DNA of 59,364 nt, the filler included. It is 4 parts of 4 records of this genome, joined end to end, with 100 filler letters (N's around TTAATTAATTAA, not from the genome) between each part and the next. Parts side by side here need not be neighbours in the genome. Positions count along the whole stretch, not along the records: positions 30,609 to 42,887 come from DRR723986_5540; positions 42,988 to 53,882 come from DRR723986_5543; 2 more parts are not named here. One strand, 5' to 3'. The first letter of the stretch is position 1; each line of letters opens with the position of its first letter. The translations under genes were made by a program, and so were the position numbers. The notes below the pieces were generated by a model. It ran no database searches. It saw nothing but the letters and a program-made list of their open reading frames with translations, and was not told the origin of the DNA. Shown one piece after another: positions 35,264-44,517 of the stretch.

Positions 35264-37798
35264 ATGACTGGCCTGTCCGATTCCCACAGGGCGACGCGCC
35301 TCATCGGCGGTGGCCTCGCGGCGCTGGCCCTCGCCATCCTGCTGGCCGTGGCCCTTCTCGTGCTCGAGGTGGTCCGGGACTTCCGGTCCCTGAGCACCGC
35401 CAGATCGGACAACACCCACTGGGCGCTGTCACAGGCCGAGGTCGAGCTTCTCGAGCTTCGGGCGGCCATGGTGGCGGCGGCGGCGCCGGACGCCGATGCG
35501 GCGGCGCTCGATGACATGGTGGTCGAATTCGACATCTTCTACAGCCGGATGGCGACGCTTGCGACCGGGCAGCTATATGCCGAACTGCGCGAGATCCCCG
35601 CCTTCGGCCTCTCCGTGGCCCGGATCCGCGCGCAGCTCGATGCGATGGTCCCGCTGATCGACGGCCCGCGGGACGAGCTGATTGCCGCCCTGCCGGACCT
35701 GCTGGCGCAGACCGACGCCCTGCGCGAGCGCTTGCGGGACGTCGCGACCACCGGCCTGCAGTTCTTCGCGCAATGGTCCGACGACAGCCGCGTCTCGGTG
35801 GCGAACACCCTGCTGCGGCTGGCGGCCCTGACGGTGGCGATGCTGCTGGTGCTGCTCTTCGCCATCGCGCGAAGTCGGCGAAGCAGCCTCCAGACGGAGC
35901 GGCGCGGCCGGCAGCTGGCCGACGCCTATGCGCGGCTGAACACCATCCTCGAAACCTCGCTCGATGCGGTCATCGTCTCGGACGTGGACGGGCGCATCCT
36001 CAACTTCAACCCCGCCGCCGAGCTCATGTTCGGCCACCGCTACGAGGATGTCTTCGGCAAGAGCCTTGGCGAGATCATCGTGCCCGACCATCTGCGCGCG
36101 GCCCATGAGGCCGGGATGGAGCGGATGCGGACCACCGGGCGGATGGCCGTCGTGGGACACGGGCGCGTGCGGCTCGAGGCCAAGCGCGCGACCGGAGAGG
36201 TCTTCCCCGTGGAGCTTGCCCTGCAAAAGGCGCGCGCGGCCGGGGATGACGTCTTCATCGGGTTCCTGCGCGACATCTCGCAGCGCGTGGCCGCCGAACA
36301 GGAGTTGATGGACGCCCGCGACAAGGCGCTGGCGGGCGAGCAGGCCAAGGCCGAATTCCTCGCCATGATGACCCACGAGATCCGGACGCCGCTGAACGGG
36401 CTTCTGGGCAACCTCGCGCTGCTGAAGAAGACGCCGCTGGACGCGACGCAGGCGCATCAGGTCCGCAACATGGACATCTCGGGCGACCTGCTGATGCATC
36501 ACGTCGACGCGGTTCTCGACGTGGCGCGCTTCGAGGCGGGCGCCTCGGACAGCCCGGAAGAGGTCGTCGAACTGGGCGGGCTGCTGCAGGACATCGTGGA
36601 TTCGCAGATCGGCGCGGCAGAGGCGCAGGGCAACCGCATGACGTGGCGCTGGACCTCGGAGCCGCTGGGCTGGGTGCGTCTGGACGTCGCCCGCCTGCGG
36701 CAGATCCTGCTGAACCTCGTCGGCAACGCGATCAAGTTCACCGAGAACGGGCGCATCGTCATCGAGGCCGAGGAGATCGACCCGCCAGAGGGAACCGACT
36801 CCGACGCCTGTGTGGAGTTTCGCGTGATCGACACCGGCATCGGCATTGCCGAAGCCGATCAGGCCCGGGTCTTCGACGATTTCCACCGGGGTCAGGACAG
36901 CACGCAGCGCGCCGGAGCGATCGCCGGCACCGGGCTGGGGCTGGGGATCGCGCGGCGCTTCGCCACGGCCCTCGGCGGCGAGATCGGCCTCGAAAGCACG
37001 CCCGGCGAAGGCAGCGTCTTCTGGCTGCGCCTCCCGGTGAGCCGGGCAGAGGCGCCGACCCACGGGCACGCGGCGCCCGGAGAGCCCTGCGAGGAGGCCG
37101 ACCACCCCCTTGTCGGCAAGGAGATCCTGCTGGTGGAGGACAACGAGATCAATCTCGATCTGGCGCGGCAGATGCTGGCCGCCCAGGGCCATGTCGTGAC
37201 CGAGGCCCGCAACGGTCAGGAGGCGGTCGACCTTGCCGGGACGCGGCGGTTCGACCTGATCCTGATGGACGTCCGGATGCCGGTGATGGACGGGCTGCAG
37301 GCGACCGGACTCATCCGCGCCAGCGACGGCCCCAATGCCGGATCGCCGATCATCGCGGTCTCTGCCAATGTGCTGCCGGAGGCGCGCGACCGCTTCCTTG
37401 CGGCGGGCATGACGGGGTTCCTGCCCAAACCGCTCAACCCGCGCAGCCTCCGGCAGGCGGTGGAGACCTTCGCAAGCGCTGCGACGGAGGCGCGGGACCC
37501 CGCGCCCGAGGCCGCCGCGCTGACCGACCCGCTGGCGGCGCTGAAGGCGCGCTACACCGCCGAGATGCGGGATTTCTTTGCGACCCACGAGCGCAGCCCC
37601 CTGTCCATGGAGGCCCTGGGCGACGCCGCGCACAAACTCGCGGGCAGCGCCGCAGCCTTCGGCCACAAGGCGCTGCGGAACGCGCTGCTCGTGGTGGAAA
37701 CCGCCGCCGACCGCAAGGACGCCGAGGCGGCGGAACAGGCCATGGCCGCCGCCCGTGCCACATGGCAGGCGGAATCGCCGCCCGACCCCGACGCCTGA
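35264..37798 (+). CDS. Hybrid sensor histidine kinase (2 TM, PAS, HisKA, HATPase, REC, Hpt)
   Basis: PAS FNPAAELMFG; H-box THEIRTPLNG; N-box QILLNLVGNAIKFT; DTGIGI; GTGLGL; REC LLVEDN/LILMDVRMP/KP; Hpt AHKLAGSA. Confidence 0.94.
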   Translation: MTGLSDSHRATRLIGGGLAALALAILLAVALLVLEVVRDFRSLSTARSDNTHWALSQAEVELLELRAAMVAAAAPDADAAALDDMVVEFDIFYSRMATLATGQLYAELREIPAFGLSVARIRAQLDAMVPLIDGPRDELIAALPDLLAQTDALRERLRDVATTGLQFFAQWSDDSRVSVANTLLRLAALTVAMLLVLLFAIARSRRSSLQTERRGRQLADAYARLNTILETSLDAVIVSDVDGRILNFNPAAELMFGHRYEDVFGKSLGEIIVPDHLRAAHEAGMERMRTTGRMAVVGHGRVRLEAKRATGEVFPVELALQKARAAGDDVFIGFLRDISQRVAAEQELMDARDKALAGEQAKAEFLAMMTHEIRTPLNGLLGNLALLKKTPLDATQAHQVRNMDISGDLLMHHVDAVLDVARFEAGASDSPEEVVELGGLLQDIVDSQIGAAEAQGNRMTWRWTSEPLGWVRLDVARLRQILLNLVGNAIKFTENGRIVIEAEEIDPPEGTDSDACVEFRVIDTGIGIAEADQARVFDDFHRGQDSTQRAGAIAGTGLGLGIARRFATALGGEIGLESTPGEGSVFWLRLPVSRAEAPTHGHAAPGEPCEEADHPLVGKEILLVEDNEINLDLARQMLAAQGHVVTEARNGQEAVDLAGTRRFDLILMDVRMPVMDGLQATGLIRASDGPNAGSPIIAVSANVLPEARDRFLAAGMTGFLPKPLNPRSLRQAVETFASAATEARDPAPEAAALTDPLAALKARYTAEMRDFFATHERSPLSMEALGDAAHKLAGSAAAFGHKALRNALLVVETAADRKDAEAAEQAMAAARATWQAESPPDPDA

Positions 37799-37868
37799 GC
37801 CGGCCCCGCGCCCAGGCCCGGGGGCGCTGACCCGAAACCCGACGCTCCTCCGGGTTTCCCGAGAGTTT

Positions 37869-38078
37869 CATGCCCGCGCGCTGGCCCCCAATCAGGACAG
37901 CCATCGCGGTCAGCTCCGCCCCGTGGTCCGAACCCACCCTTGCGGGCTGGCCAAAGCGCAACATCACTGCGCCGCGGTCGCGCACGACACGCAGCGAGGC
38001 GTCCGCCACCCGGGCCGGGCATTCGCGGCTGCCGTCGTCGACCGCCACCGGAACCCGGAAGCGGCAGCCAGCGCGGAA
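37869..38078 (-). pseudogene. Degenerate IS3-family transposase (rve integrase core) fragment
   Basis: In-frame GCRFRVPVAVDDGSRECPARVADASLRVVRDRG...GQPARVGSDHGAELTAMAVL matches the IS3 OrfB pattern GRRFRxLxVVDDxSRECLALVADTSL...RGxPxxIxSDNGxELTSxAxL. Confidence 0.7.
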
Positions 38079-38084
38079 CGGGGG

Positions 38085-39014
38085 TCAGGAGGCCCGTCGG
38101 TGCTGATCCATGTCGCCGCCCGGGGCGCAGATCGTGCGGATGAGCGCGCACAGGTCCTCAAGCTTGCGGTCCATCGGGCCGGCGCGGGTCACCATGCTCA
38201 CCTCGGCCAGAATGCCGCCGAGGTCGATGGGCCGGTAGGAAATGCCCGGATAGGCGTTGACCGAGGCCGAGCTTGGCAGGAGCGCCAGACCCATCCCGCC
38301 CGCGACGAGGCAAAGCCCCGCCGCCGTGTCGGTGTATTCCGGTCCCTGCTCGGGGCGCACGCCCATGTCGGAGAGATACTTGTTGATGGTCGGCTCGAAG
38401 CCGGTGCCAATCTTGGCGATGAACCGCATCAGCGGCTGACCGGCCAGATCATGCGCCGTCAGCGACTCCCGCGTCGCCAGCGGGTGGTCCGAACTCATCG
38501 CGACGCACATCCCCTCGCGATAGATCACCTCGCCCCGAAGGTAGCTCGGCAGCCGCGCCGGTCGTATCAGGCCGACGTCGAGTTCGTTCTCGAGCAACAT
38601 CCGCACCTGCACGCCGGTCGTGCCCGAGAAGGGCGTCAGAAGAACGGCGGGGTGGATCTCTCGGAAGCGCCGCATCGCGATCGGCAGGATCATCGCGGTA
38701 CCGACGCTGATCAGCCCGACGCGAATCCGTCCCGCCTCGTCGCTGGAGCCGGCCCGGGCGAACCGCACGCCTTCGTCGAGATCCGAGAGCACCTGCTGCG
38801 CATAGGACAGGAACCGCCGCCCGGCCTCGGACATCTGGACCTTTCGCGTCGTGCGGTGAAAGAGCGGCGTGCCCACGCGCTCCTCCAGCTGCTTGATCTG
38901 CTGCGAGAACGGGGCTTGCGCCATGTGCAGACGCTCTGCCGCGCGGCCGAAGTGAAGCTCTTCGGCGAGAAGCACGAAGTAGCGCAGGTGCCGGATCTCG
39001 ATGCCATTTATCAT
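38085..39014 (-). CDS. LysR family transcriptional regulator
   Basis: IRHLRYFVLLAEELHFGRAAERLHMAQAPFSQQIKQLEERVG; LDVGLIR; VAGGMGLALLP. Confidence 0.95.
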   Translation of the reverse strand: MINGIEIRHLRYFVLLAEELHFGRAAERLHMAQAPFSQQIKQLEERVGTPLFHRTTRKVQMSEAGRRFLSYAQQVLSDLDEGVRFARAGSSDEAGRIRVGLISVGTAMILPIAMRRFREIHPAVLLTPFSGTTGVQVRMLLENELDVGLIRPARLPSYLRGEVIYREGMCVAMSSDHPLATRESLTAHDLAGQPLMRFIAKIGTGFEPTINKYLSDMGVRPEQGPEYTDTAAGLCLVAGGMGLALLPSSASVNAYPGISYRPIDLGGILAEVSMVTRAGPMDRKLEDLCALIRTICAPGGDMDQHRRAS

Positions 39015-39123
39015 GTTTCAGATATAAGATTTAGTTTCATTAACTCATTTATTGTCTTAATTATTGGTGCTTGTCTACCGGTATGGGCCGCCTCGAACGA
39101 GGCGAAGATACCGGAGTAGGCTT

Positions 39124-40047
39124 TTGTCCCCGACCTTCCTTCTGACCAAATTGCTGCGGATGGCGCTGACGCTTCTGGCGGTGGTGACCTTCACCTTCGT
39201 CGCCCTGCGCCTGTCCTACGACCCCGCCCAGGCCATGCTCGGCCCCGACGCCACGGTGCGCGAGATGGAGCAGTTCCGGGCCAAGTGGCAGCTCGACCGC
39301 TCGCTGCTGCAGCAATACGGCACCTACATCGGGAATCTGGCCCGGGGCGATTTCGGCATGTCCTTCCGCGACGGCCGCCCCGCGCTGGACGTGATCCTCG
39401 AGCGCATTCCGCCCACGCTGGAGCTGGGACTGGTGTCCTATGTGCTGGCGATCCTGATCGGGGTTCCGGCGGGCATCCTCGCCGCGCTCCGCCGCGGGTC
39501 GCTCTTCGACCGGCTGATCATGGTGTTCTCGGTCGTGGGCTTCGCGCTGCCGAACTTCTTCTTCGGCATCATGATGATCCTCGTCTTTTCGATGATGCTG
39601 CAATGGCTACCCAGCGCGGGCGCGTCGAGTTGGCAGCATTTCATCATGCCCGCCGCCGCGCTGTCGCTGACCCTTGCGGGGATCCTCGCGCGGTTCACCC
39701 GGTCCTCGATGCTCGAGACCCTGTCCAAGCAGTACATGCGCACCGCCGAGGCCAAGGGCGTGAGCAGGATGCGCCGCACCATGAAGCACGCCCTGCCCAA
39801 TGCCGCGATCCCGGTGGTCACCATCCTTGGTCTGATGTTGGGCCAGCTGGTGGCCGGCACCGTGGTGGTGGAGACCGTCTTTGCATGGCCGGGTGTCGGG
39901 CGTCTGCTCATCAGTGCCGTCTCCGGCAAGGATCTCGCGGTGGTTCAGGCGCTCGTGCTGTTCATCGCCTTCGCCATGGTCCTCGCCAACTTCATCGTCG
40001 ACCTGTCCTACCGACTGCTCGACCCCCGCAGCCGGAGCAAGTCATGA
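39124..40047 (+). CDS. Peptide/nickel ABC permease (DppB-like)
   Basis: GDFGMSF, YMRTAEAKG, ETVFAWPGVG; TTG start after RBS GGAG. Confidence 0.9.
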   Translation: MSPTFLLTKLLRMALTLLAVVTFTFVALRLSYDPAQAMLGPDATVREMEQFRAKWQLDRSLLQQYGTYIGNLARGDFGMSFRDGRPALDVILERIPPTLELGLVSYVLAILIGVPAGILAALRRGSLFDRLIMVFSVVGFALPNFFFGIMMILVFSMMLQWLPSAGASSWQHFIMPAAALSLTLAGILARFTRSSMLETLSKQYMRTAEAKGVSRMRRTMKHALPNAAIPVVTILGLMLGQLVAGTVVVETVFAWPGVGRLLISAVSGKDLAVVQALVLFIAFAMVLANFIVDLSYRLLDPRSRSKS

Positions 40048-40886
40048 AGCGGTATCTGAAGAACCCCGTCCTCGCGCTGGCCGGCCTCGTCCTCGTCATC
40101 ATCGCCTTCATGGTCGTCTTCGGTCCGCTGATCTCGCAGGATCCCTCGAAGCAGAACCTGATGGCGCGCCTGCAGGGTCCGGTCTGGACCGAGGGCGGCA
40201 GCTGGGACCACTGGCTGGGCACCGACCGGCTGGGCCGCGACATGGGCGCCCGGCTGATCGTGGCCATGCGCATGTCGATCGGCGTGGCCCTGATCGGCAC
40301 CTTCATCGGCGCGGTGGCCGGGTCGGTCATCGGCTTCATCGCCGGACATTTCGAAGGTCTGGTGGACGATGTCCTGATGTCGATCGTCGACATCCAGCTG
40401 TCGCTGCCCTTCATCCTGATCGCGCTCACGATGCTGGCCTTCTTCGGCAACTCGATGACGCTCTTCATCGTGCTCATGGGCCTTTATGGCTGGGAGACCT
40501 ATGCCCGCCTGTCCCGCGGGTTGGTCATGGCGACGAAGCGGCAGACCTATGCCCGGGCCGTGGTGGCGCTCGGCGCCTCGCCGGCGCGGCTCTACCTGCG
40601 CCACGTCCTGCCCAACATCGCCAGCGCGCTGATCGTGCAGGTCACGCTCACCGTGCCGGGGATCATCCTGCTGGAAAGCTCGCTCAGCTTCCTCGGCATG
40701 GGGATCCAGTCCCCCCGCACCAGCCTTGGCCAGATCCTCGGCGACGGGCGCGAATACCTGACGACCGCCTGGTGGATATCGGTCTTTCCGGGGCTGATCA
40801 TCTTCCTGATGACGCTGTCGATCTCGCTCATCGGCGACGGGCTGCGCGACCGGCTCGACCCGACCCTCCGCGCCCGCAACACCTGA
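40044..40886 (+). CDS. Peptide/nickel ABC permease (DppC-like)
   Basis: HWLGTDRLGRD, RHVLPN, ESSLSFLGMG, GDGLRDRLDP; ATGA overlap. Confidence 0.92.
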   Translation: MKRYLKNPVLALAGLVLVIIAFMVVFGPLISQDPSKQNLMARLQGPVWTEGGSWDHWLGTDRLGRDMGARLIVAMRMSIGVALIGTFIGAVAGSVIGFIAGHFEGLVDDVLMSIVDIQLSLPFILIALTMLAFFGNSMTLFIVLMGLYGWETYARLSRGLVMATKRQTYARAVVALGASPARLYLRHVLPNIASALIVQVTLTVPGIILLESSLSFLGMGIQSPRTSLGQILGDGREYLTTAWWISVFPGLIIFLMTLSISLIGDGLRDRLDPTLRARNT

Positions 40887-40929
40887 TCAACGACAAGAAA
40901 ACAAGCCCACCCAACAGGAGATTTCCCTC

Positions 40930-42504
40930 ATGGTAACACGCAGAGACGTCCACAAGATGATCCTCGGGGCCGGCACCCTGAGCTTCGCAGGCCTCGGCGC
41001 CGCCGTTCAGGCACAGGAGACCGACACGCTGCGCGTCGCGGTCGATGCGCTCTGGGCGAACATGGCGCCGATCAACGGCCTGTCGACCTCCGCCCGCCGG
41101 ATCTACAACAACTTCTACGAACCCTTCACCGAGGTCGACTACATCGCCGATCCCGCCGGGTCCGTGATCGTGCCCAAGCTGGCCGCCTCCTACGAGCGCG
41201 ACGGCAAGGTCTGGACCTTCAAGATGCGCGAAGGGGTGATGTTCCACAACGGCGTCGAAATGACGGCCGAGGACGCGGCCTTCACCCTGTCGGCCGAACG
41301 CTACCGCAACGAGGACGCCTTCGAGCCGCGCGGCGCGATCTATTCCGAGGGCTTCGTCCGGGTCGAGGCCGTGGACCGCTACACGCTCGAGATCGAGACG
41401 GCCAGCGAGGACCCCTACGTCCCGGCCAAGCTCAGCGGGTCGGTCGGCCTGATCGTTCCCAAGGACTACTACCTCGAGGTCGGCGTCGACGAATTCGGCC
41501 TCAACCCGATCGGGACCGGCCCCTACAAGGTCACCACCTTCCGCTCCAGCGAGATCCTGGTGATGGAGCGTTTCGACGATTACTGGGGCGAGCCCGCGCC
41601 GGTGCAGACGGTGGAATGGCGCATCGTGCCGGAATACGCGGGCCGCATGGCCGGCGTGGTGTCGGGCGAATACGACATGATGGTGGGCATCCCCCCCGAC
41701 CAGATCGAGCAGCTGTCGACCTACGACAACGTCGATGTCCAGAACGTGGCCGTCGCGGGCTACACCGCCTTCGGCTTCAACACCCGCCCCGACCCCGAGG
41801 ACAACCCGCTGGTGGACCCCCGCCTGCGCTACGCGATGATCCAGGCGGTCGACATGCACGCCATCGTCAAGGCGCTGTTCGGGGACCTGACCTTCCACCC
41901 CGACGTGCCGTTCAACTTCCCCGAATACGGCCCCTATTACGACCCCGACGCGGTGAACCCCCTGCCCTACGACCCCGAGGCCGCCCGCGCCCTCGTGGCC
42001 CAGACCGACTACGACGGCCAGCCGCTGCTGTGGCACATCACCAAGGGCTACTACCCGAACTACGAGCTTGCCGCCGAGATCATGGTCGAGATGTGGCGCG
42101 AGGTCGGGATCAACGTCGAGATGCAGGTGCTGGACAACTTCTCGCTCGTCTACCAGCGGCCCTATCACCTCATCAACTTCTCGAACGGCTCCAGCTTCAT
42201 CCCCGGCGATCCCTACCAGCCGCTGTGGCTGGACTGGAACCCCGGCTCGACCCGCGCCAGCGCCGACTGGAAGGTCTGGGACCCGACAGACGAATATGTC
42301 CGGCTGGGCGAGGCCTTCGTGAACACCGTCGATTTCGACGAACGCAACGAGGCCTACAAGGCGCTGTCGGCGGAATGGCAGCGCGTCACGCCGGGCTTCT
42401 ACCTGTGGAAGCTCTTCGCGACCTACGCGACCCGCTCCGACCTCGAATTCACCGCGGCCAGCGCCGAGATGCGGCTCTTTGCGCCCTACCTGAAACTGAA
42501 CTGA
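40930..42504 (+). CDS. Family 5 ABC substrate-binding protein, probable Tat signal
   Basis: VTRRDVHK...AQ; FKMREGVMFHNG; IGTGPYKV; RBS AGGAG. Confidence 0.92.
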   Translation: MVTRRDVHKMILGAGTLSFAGLGAAVQAQETDTLRVAVDALWANMAPINGLSTSARRIYNNFYEPFTEVDYIADPAGSVIVPKLAASYERDGKVWTFKMREGVMFHNGVEMTAEDAAFTLSAERYRNEDAFEPRGAIYSEGFVRVEAVDRYTLEIETASEDPYVPAKLSGSVGLIVPKDYYLEVGVDEFGLNPIGTGPYKVTTFRSSEILVMERFDDYWGEPAPVQTVEWRIVPEYAGRMAGVVSGEYDMMVGIPPDQIEQLSTYDNVDVQNVAVAGYTAFGFNTRPDPEDNPLVDPRLRYAMIQAVDMHAIVKALFGDLTFHPDVPFNFPEYGPYYDPDAVNPLPYDPEAARALVAQTDYDGQPLLWHITKGYYPNYELAAEIMVEMWREVGINVEMQVLDNFSLVYQRPYHLINFSNGSSFIPGDPYQPLWLDWNPGSTRASADWKVWDPTDEYVRLGEAFVNTVDFDERNEAYKALSAEWQRVTPGFYLWKLFATYATRSDLEFTAASAEMRLFAPYLKLN

Positions 42505-42517
42505 GAAAGAAGGCGCC

Positions 42518-42887
42518 ATGCCGGAGACCAAACACCTTCTGTCGCAGATGACGTTCGACGAATTCGCCCGGCGGGCGGCGGAGAACCCCGTGATCCTCCT
42601 GCCCTTCGGCAGCCACGAGGAGCAGGGGCCGCACGCGCCCATGGGCGACTACATGCTCGCCGATCGCATCGCCGGCATGGCCGCGCAAAGGTCGGGGGCG
42701 ATCGCCGCCCCCACCGTCCCCTTCGGATATGCCGATTTCTTCCGGTCCTTCGCCGGGGGCATCCAGCTCCGCTCCGCCACGTTCAAGGCGCTGGTCGAGG
42801 ACGTGGCGACCAATTTCCTCGACCACGGGCTGACCCGGCTGGTGGTCGTGAACGGCCATACCACCAATGCCTTCCTGATCGACGAGG
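42518..42887 (+). CDS. Creatininase family protein, N-terminal fragment
   Basis: LLPFGSHEEQGPHAPMGD and VVVNGH; truncated by contig end. Confidence 0.88.
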
Positions 42888-42987
42888 NNNNNNNNNNNNN
42901 NNNNNNNNNNNNNNNNNNNNNNNNNNNNNNNTTAATTAATTAANNNNNNNNNNNNNNNNNNNNNNNNNNNNNNNNNNNNNNNNNNNN
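42888..42987. other. Artificial contig spacer
   Basis: 44 N + TTAATTAATTAA + 44 N. Confidence 0.99.
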
Positions 42988-42988
42988 C

Positions 42989-43363
42989 AAGGATCTGGGC
43001 TTTACCGAGGCCGACCGCGTGGAAAACATCCGCCGCGTGGGCGAGGTGGCCAAGCTGATGACAGATGCCGGGCTGATCGTGATTACCGCCTTTATCTCGC
43101 CCTTCCGCAGCGAACGCGACATGGTGCGCGCGATGATGCAGCCGGGCGAGTTTTTAGAGGTATTCGTTGATACGCCGCTGGAACATGCCGAGGCCCGCGA
43201 CGTAAAGGGCCTTTATGCCAAGGCGCGGGCCGGTGTGTTGAAAAACTTTACCGGCATCGACAGCCCTTACGAGGCGCCCGAACAGCCCGAAATTCGCATC
43301 GATACCACCCAAACCACCCCAGACAAGGCGGCAGATATGATCATCGCGCGGCTTATTCCCTAA
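42989..43363 (+). CDS. cysC: Adenylyl-sulfate kinase domain, C-terminal fragment (CysC or CysNC/NodQ fusion)
   Basis: [46 protein letters not shown]. Confidence 0.9.
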   Translation, partial: KDLGFTEADRVENIRRVGEVAKLMTDAGLIVITAFISPFRSERDMVRAMMQPGEFLEVFVDTPLEHAEARDVKGLYAKARAGVLKNFTGIDSPYEAPEQPEIRIDTTQTTPDKAADMIIARLIP

Positions 43364-43387
43364 GCCGCGCAATGCGCCATCCAGGCC

Positions 43388-44350
43388 CTAAACCAGCCGA
43401 TCTTTGGGGGGGTGGCCCGCAAAAAATGCGTCGATATTATCCAGCGCACGAAAGCCCATGGCGTCGCGCGTGGCCCGCGTGGCCGAACCGATATGGGGCA
43501 GCATGAACACGTTATCATGGGCTGCAAAAGCGGGGTTGCCGCCCGGTTCGGTTGTGAAACAATCCAGCCCTGCCGCCGCCACATGGCCCTGGGCCAAGGC
43601 CTGCAGCAACGCCGCCTCGTCCACCAATGCCCCGCGGGCGGTGTTCACCACCACCGCGCCCATTGGCAGCATGGCCAGCGTTTTTGCGTTCAGCAGATCC
43701 ACGGTTTCGGGCGTGGCCGGGCAATGCAGCGACAAAAAATCAGCCTGCGGCAACAGCGTGTCCAGGCTTTCGTGAAACACCGCGCCCTGTTCCAGATCGG
43801 CCGGCAGGCGGGTGCGGTTGTGATAGTGGATTTCCATGCCAAAGCCGCGCGCCTTGGTGGCAAAGGCGCGCCCCACGCGGCCCATGCCCACAATGCCAAT
43901 GCGCGCCCCTGTCACCTGCTTGCCCACCATGAAAGAGGGCGACCAGCTGTTCCAAGCGCCGGTGCGCACCAGCCTGTCGCCTTCTACCGCGCGCCGCGCC
44001 GCACCCAGCATCAGCAGCATGGCAATTTCTGCCGTGGCATCAGACAGCACATCAGGCGTGTTTGTCACCACGATACCACGCGCGCCCAGGGCCTGCAGAT
44101 CGCAATGATCATACCCCACCGAATGGTTGGCGATGATTTTCAACCGCGGGTCCAGCTGCGCCACCACATCGGCGGTGAACAGTTCCGAATGGCACGGCAA
44201 CATGGCATCGGCCTGCGCGCTCATCGCGATGATCTCGGCCGCGGTTCCGGGGGTGTCGGTGTCTTTGGTTATCACCTCGTAATCGCGCGTGGCGCGCGCC
44301 AGGGTGGCATCAGATACGCGGCGCGGTATCCACAAAACGGGGCGCGACAT
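43388..44350 (-). CDS. D-isomer-specific 2-hydroxyacid dehydrogenase (glyoxylate/hydroxypyruvate reductase-like)
   Basis: VGYDH, TNTPDVL, GMGRVG, VNTARG, AGLD, EP, PHIGSAT. Confidence 0.93.
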   Translation of the reverse strand: MSRPVLWIPRRVSDATLARATRDYEVITKDTDTPGTAAEIIAMSAQADAMLPCHSELFTADVVAQLDPRLKIIANHSVGYDHCDLQALGARGIVVTNTPDVLSDATAEIAMLLMLGAARRAVEGDRLVRTGAWNSWSPSFMVGKQVTGARIGIVGMGRVGRAFATKARGFGMEIHYHNRTRLPADLEQGAVFHESLDTLLPQADFLSLHCPATPETVDLLNAKTLAMLPMGAVVVNTARGALVDEAALLQALAQGHVAAAGLDCFTTEPGGNPAFAAHDNVFMLPHIGSATRATRDAMGFRALDNIDAFFAGHPPKDRLV

Positions 44351-44354
44351 GGGG

Positions 44355-44513
44355 CTAGTCCTTTTTTCGGGTGGCGCTGAAAAAATCAAAGCCTGCCAAA
44401 CCAAGGGTCAGCAGCACCACAACCCACAGATCAAATGTGGCAACCTTAACCGCCAGGATCAGCAAGAAAACCGCCAGCACAGCAAGTGCAAGAAAGGGCA
44501 GAAATTTGGTCAT
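44355..44513 (-). CDS. Small 52-aa two-TM membrane protein
   Basis: RBS AAGGA; two hydrophobic helices and a basic tail; tightly packed between operon genes. Confidence 0.75.
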   Translation of the reverse strand: MTKFLPFLALAVLAVFLLILAVKVATFDLWVVVLLTLGLAGFDFFSATRKKD

Positions 44514-44517
44514 GTGT

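Noticed and set aside
39285-40043. Long N-terminal extension of the second permease (533-aa ORF)
   Set aside because: Off-frame overlap with the first permease; the ATGA junction at 40044 defines the start.
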